A DNA stretch of 63,384 nt, the filler included, from Asterionella formosa (taxonomy: Eukaryota), in assembly GCA_002256025.1 (NCBI GenBank). It is 15 parts of 15 records of this genome, joined end to end, with 100 filler letters (N's around TTAATTAATTAA, not from the genome) between each part and the next. Parts side by side here need not be neighbours in the genome. Positions count along the whole stretch, not along the records: positions 59,262 to 63,384 come from NKIB01013695.1; 14 more parts are not named here. One strand, written 5' to 3'. Of this stretch, positions 59,536 through 63,384 are shown in pieces (within the stretch, counting starts at the first letter, position 1; each line of letters opens with the position of its first letter). Below the pieces are notes generated by a model, which made no database searches, was not told where the DNA came from, and saw only the letters and a list, made by a program, of their open reading frames with translations. The translations under genes and the position numbers were made by a program.

Positions 59536-62500
59536 ATGAGCGCCACCCCAGACGCGATGACAAGCGGCAGCTTAGCGAGTGGACACGGCAGCACCGGTGG
59601 GAGAGGGCGAAGGGACAACCGTCCGCACGGGAGCCGTGGTGGCCGGGCAAGGACACAAGCGACAAGCAACAACCGTGGCATTTTAAGGGCAGCACAGAGG
59701 GCATGAACGGAAACGTATTTGAATGCTATGAAGAACAAAGTGACAGACGCCAGTACGCCAAAACGTTAGAAGCTCTAGACGGATATGTGAGGAAAACACT
59801 GAAGTACTCTGAAGACCTTGCCCCTTTGTTTGCCGACACCATGGCGGTTCCCATGGTAGACATGCCAGATGACCTAGATGACGATGCAGGACTGACCATG
59901 AAAATGATTTTCGCAGAAGAAGTAAAAACGTATGTCAAGCGCAATCATACCCTGAAGAGCAACCTAGCAACAGTGTATGCGGTGATTTGGGGCCAGTGTA
60001 GCGATGACATGAAGGCAAAGGTCAAAACACACGATGACTACAAGGACAAGACTGCCAACAACGATTGTTTTTGGCTTCTAAAACAGATCAAGTCGATTAC
60101 TTTACAGTTCGATCAGAGCAGGAATGGTTTCATTGCACTTTTGGACGCCCAGACCAGTTTCCTCAATTGTCGTCAGTTACAAGGACAGTCCGCAGAAGAC
60201 TACGTCGAGTGTTTGCGAGGATGGGTTGAGACCATCGAGTACCATGGCGGCACTGTGGCAGCAAATTACAAACTGGTACCCTTCCAGGATCAGGACGGGA
60301 ATGGGCGTAGCACTGAAGAGCGAAAGGAGATCGCATGTGAACGCACCCTTGCAATCGCTCTGATTCGAAGTGCTGACCCCACCAGGTCTGGCACCCTCAT
60401 CACTGACCTGTCAAACCAGTATGCAATGGGAATTGACCAGTACCCCACCAATTTGTTGTCAGCCCAAAGCCTTCTCGTCAACTACAGAACTCCAACGAAC
60501 ACCAGCGTCAGGACAGATACACCACGCCCCCAGCCGACTAGAAGCCCTGAGGCCAGTGCAATGACGTTTACACAACGTGGCGAAATCGCAGGCAATAATG
60601 GAGTGTTACATGATGGCATCATCTGTTACAACTGCCAAAGCCAAGGACACTACGCGGGAGACTGCCCTGACAGGCAGGAATCGACGACCTCAGGCACTAC
60701 ATTGACGCAGTATGCATACATGCTTGCACAGACCGGCGACCCTGGGATTGATCCTAAGTGGATCCTTCTCGACTCGCAGTCGACAATCTCCGTGTTCAAG
60801 AACGCCGACATGCTCAGCAACATCCGGCGTAGCTCTTACGTACTCAGGGCGCTCACAAATGGAGGCTACCAGGACTCCAACATGGTAGGAGATTTTCCCA
60901 ACTTGGGTAAGGTTTGGTACAACCGTGAATCAATTGCCAACATCCTCTCCCTTGCTGAGGTGCGCAAGGTATGCCGCGTCACCATGGACTCTGCGGACGA
61001 GCCCGCGATGCTTGTCCATAGACTCGATGGAACTGTGATGAAATTTCTTGAGCACCCCTCAGGACTGTATGTGTTTAGTTGTAACAACGATACTAACGAC
61101 AGTGTTACAGGTTATACCATGCTATCCACAGTAGCAGAACAGAAGAAACTATTCTCACGATGTGAAATTCAATCAGCCAATGCAGCCAGAGATTTGTATA
61201 GAAAGATTGGGCGGCCTGCCGAGGCGGAATTCCAATCCATCCTACGGAACAACTTGATTAGAAATTGCCCAGTGACGCCAGACGACGCCAAGCGCGCCCT
61301 CATTATTTACGGTCCAGACATCGCTGCCATAAAAGGTAAAACTACGCGGTCGCGCGCCGCTCCAAGAGCGCCAACGTTTGTGGCCGAACCGATTCCTGCC
61401 CCAATCCTGGAGCATCACCACAACGTGACGTTGTGCGCCGATTTCTTCTTTGTGCAGGGTCTACCATTTTTTCATACCATCTCACGCGGTATTGGTTTCC
61501 GAACCGTGGACCTGGTTCCCGACCGGACCAAGGCTACCATTCTACGCAAAATTCGGAGTGCGGTCCGCCTCTACCACCTACGCGGTCTACAGGTTTGTGA
61601 TGTGCATGCTGACAGTGAACTTGAGTGTGTTCGTGAGGACTTGCAACCTATCGCATTAAACATTGTACCTGCTGACAGTCACGTTGGTGAAGTGGAACGG
61701 TCCATCCGAACCATCAAGGAGCGACTACGCTCGTGTGCACACGGCCTACCATTCAAGCGTCTTCCACGGGTGATCATCAACCATATGGTGATCGATGCCG
61801 TTCGATGTCTAAACCAGTTCCCATGGGCAAACGGCATCTCAGACACCACGAGCCCCGCATGCATTGTCACGGGCGCGGCCAACCCTGAATACAACCAAAT
61901 GCGCATTGAGTTTGGGACCTACGTCCAAGTTTTTGAAGACAACGACCCATCCAACACCCTTCAAGCACGTTCCCTCGGAGCAATTGCCCTCACACCCACT
62001 GGCAATGCCCAAGGTGACTACTACTTCATGTCTCTCGCAACCGGCAAAAAGATTTCCCGACATAATTGGACGGAGTTGCCCATGACAGACACCGCCATTG
62101 CCCGCGTGGAGGCGCTCGCGGCACACGAGGGGCAGCCCCCCATCCAGGCCAGAGGCCTAGTTGTAGAATGGCGCGCCGATCACCACATTGACAACGACGA
62201 ATACGACCGGGACTACGAGCCTGCCGCACGCCAACCTATTGACGATTTTAACCCCGCGGACTTTGATGCCATCGATGATCACGAAGTTGCCGATCTGCTC
62301 CATGATGGGCCACACCCTACGGCTTTGGACGATGCACCGCTAGCCGAGCCAAACCCAGTCGAGCCGAACCCAGGAGACCCAAACACAAACACGATCGACA
62401 TTGATGACGTCGCGCTTGTCTACGATGACTACATACAACAAGAACACAACGAAAACCAAGGAGCGCACTTGGAACAAGGGGCGCCTATCGACGAAAACCA

Positions 62501-63384
62501 AGGAGCGCCTATGGAAGAGACAGCGATCATTGAAGAAGCCAATCAAGAAACGGGTTCTGACAACGACTACGAGGTGGCAGATCAAGGAGCGTTGGCGGAA
62601 GAGGAACACAGACCATATAATCTCCGACAACGCCGGGCAGCCATAAGTGAACAGTTCAAGCAGGCCATTGATGCACCGCATAGCAACAAGTCATACTTTC
62701 CACCAAGACAGTTCGTACAACGCGGATTTCGAACCACGATGCCATACGCAGACGACAACACAAGTAAACATATTTTTGGGTATGTAATGAACCAGATGAC
62801 CGCGAAGGCGGGAATAAAGAAACACAGGAAAGCGGCGGAGGCCGCCCTGATGAAAGAATTCGCACAACTAGAGGAGCTGGATGTGTACGAACCCGTAAGT
62901 GCGCACTCCCTTACCAGGGAACAGAGGACAGGAGCGCTCCGAGCCATCAATCTCATCAAAGAGAAGAGAGACGGGCGCCTCAAGGGGCGTACAGTAGCCG
63001 ACAGGAGACCGCAGCGATCCCTTTATGACAAGTCGCAGACGGCATCTCCAACAGTATCCACCGATGCACTCATGTTGTCCATCATGATTGATGCACATGA
63101 AGGAAGAGATGTCGCCACAGCAGATGTGGCGGGTGCGTATTTGAAAGCAGATATGGATGATTTCGTTGTCATGAAATTCACTGGTGAATCAGTCGATATA
63201 TTATGCAACATGAACCCAGAGCACACGAATTTTGTGTCCAACGAGAAAGGAAACAAAGTGTTGTACGTCAGGCTAGTGAAAGCGATCTATGGGTGCGTCA
63301 AATCTGCCCTACTATGGTATGATTTATTCCACAACACCCTAAAAGAGATGGGTTTTGTGTTAAACCCTTACGACTCTTGCATTG
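59536..63384 (+). mobile_element. Young CoDi-type Copia gag-pol; one frame open from 59481 (first ATG 59703) to the window end, about 1230 codons
   Basis: FKGSTEGMNGNVFECYEE gag; CYNCQSQGHYAGDC; WILLDSQSTISVF; LCADFFFV...HVGEVERSIRTIKER; LKGRTVAD, SPTV, TADVAGAYL, KAIYGCVKSALLWY, NPYDSC. First and last motifs share a frame, and the ORF track reports no stop-terminated piece in it. Confidence 0.95.

Noticed and set aside
59475..63256. Many short track ORFs in contig 15
   Set aside because: Alternative-frame or antisense shadows of the single gag-pol frame
1..63384. A multi-gene system formed by CRN, HECT ligase, recombinase and transposases
   Set aside because: They lie on separate contigs joined artificially, so co-occurrence carries no information

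Overview
This window is not one locus. It is 15 unrelated eukaryotic contigs, sorted by decreasing length (4145 to 4123 bp) and joined by an artificial 100-nt spacer (44 N + TTAATTAATTAA + 44 N), so neighbourhood across a spacer means nothing. Short GT-AG introns, CoDi-type Copia elements, a CryptonS-like recombinase and a bipartite plastid-type presequence suggest a repeat-rich diatom or other stramenopile genome (inference). Host genes I can support: histone H1 (2 exons), gamma-secretase subunit PEN-2 (2 exons), the 3' end of a HECT E3 ligase (missed by the ORF track), a membrane-anchored sulfotransferase, a MORN-repeat C-terminus, a triad-less trypsin homologue and an uncharacterised YxxGDxxK-repeat protein. 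Most of the rest is transposon material: several Copia elements (one with an open frame of about 1230 codons, also missed by the ORF track), plus Harbinger/PIF, pogo, Tc1/IS630-like, MULE, Plavaka-like, Crypton and LINE fragments, with a visible CpG-decay signature. The most interesting item is a 3-exon, 615-aa Crinkler-type gene (6406-4329, minus strand) with two tandem ubiquitin-like N-terminal domains and a P-loop NTPase, apparently cut off by a repeat. A dispersed repeat that keeps a long hairpin despite sequence turnover is also notable. All family assignments come from motifs read by eye; no database searches were run.
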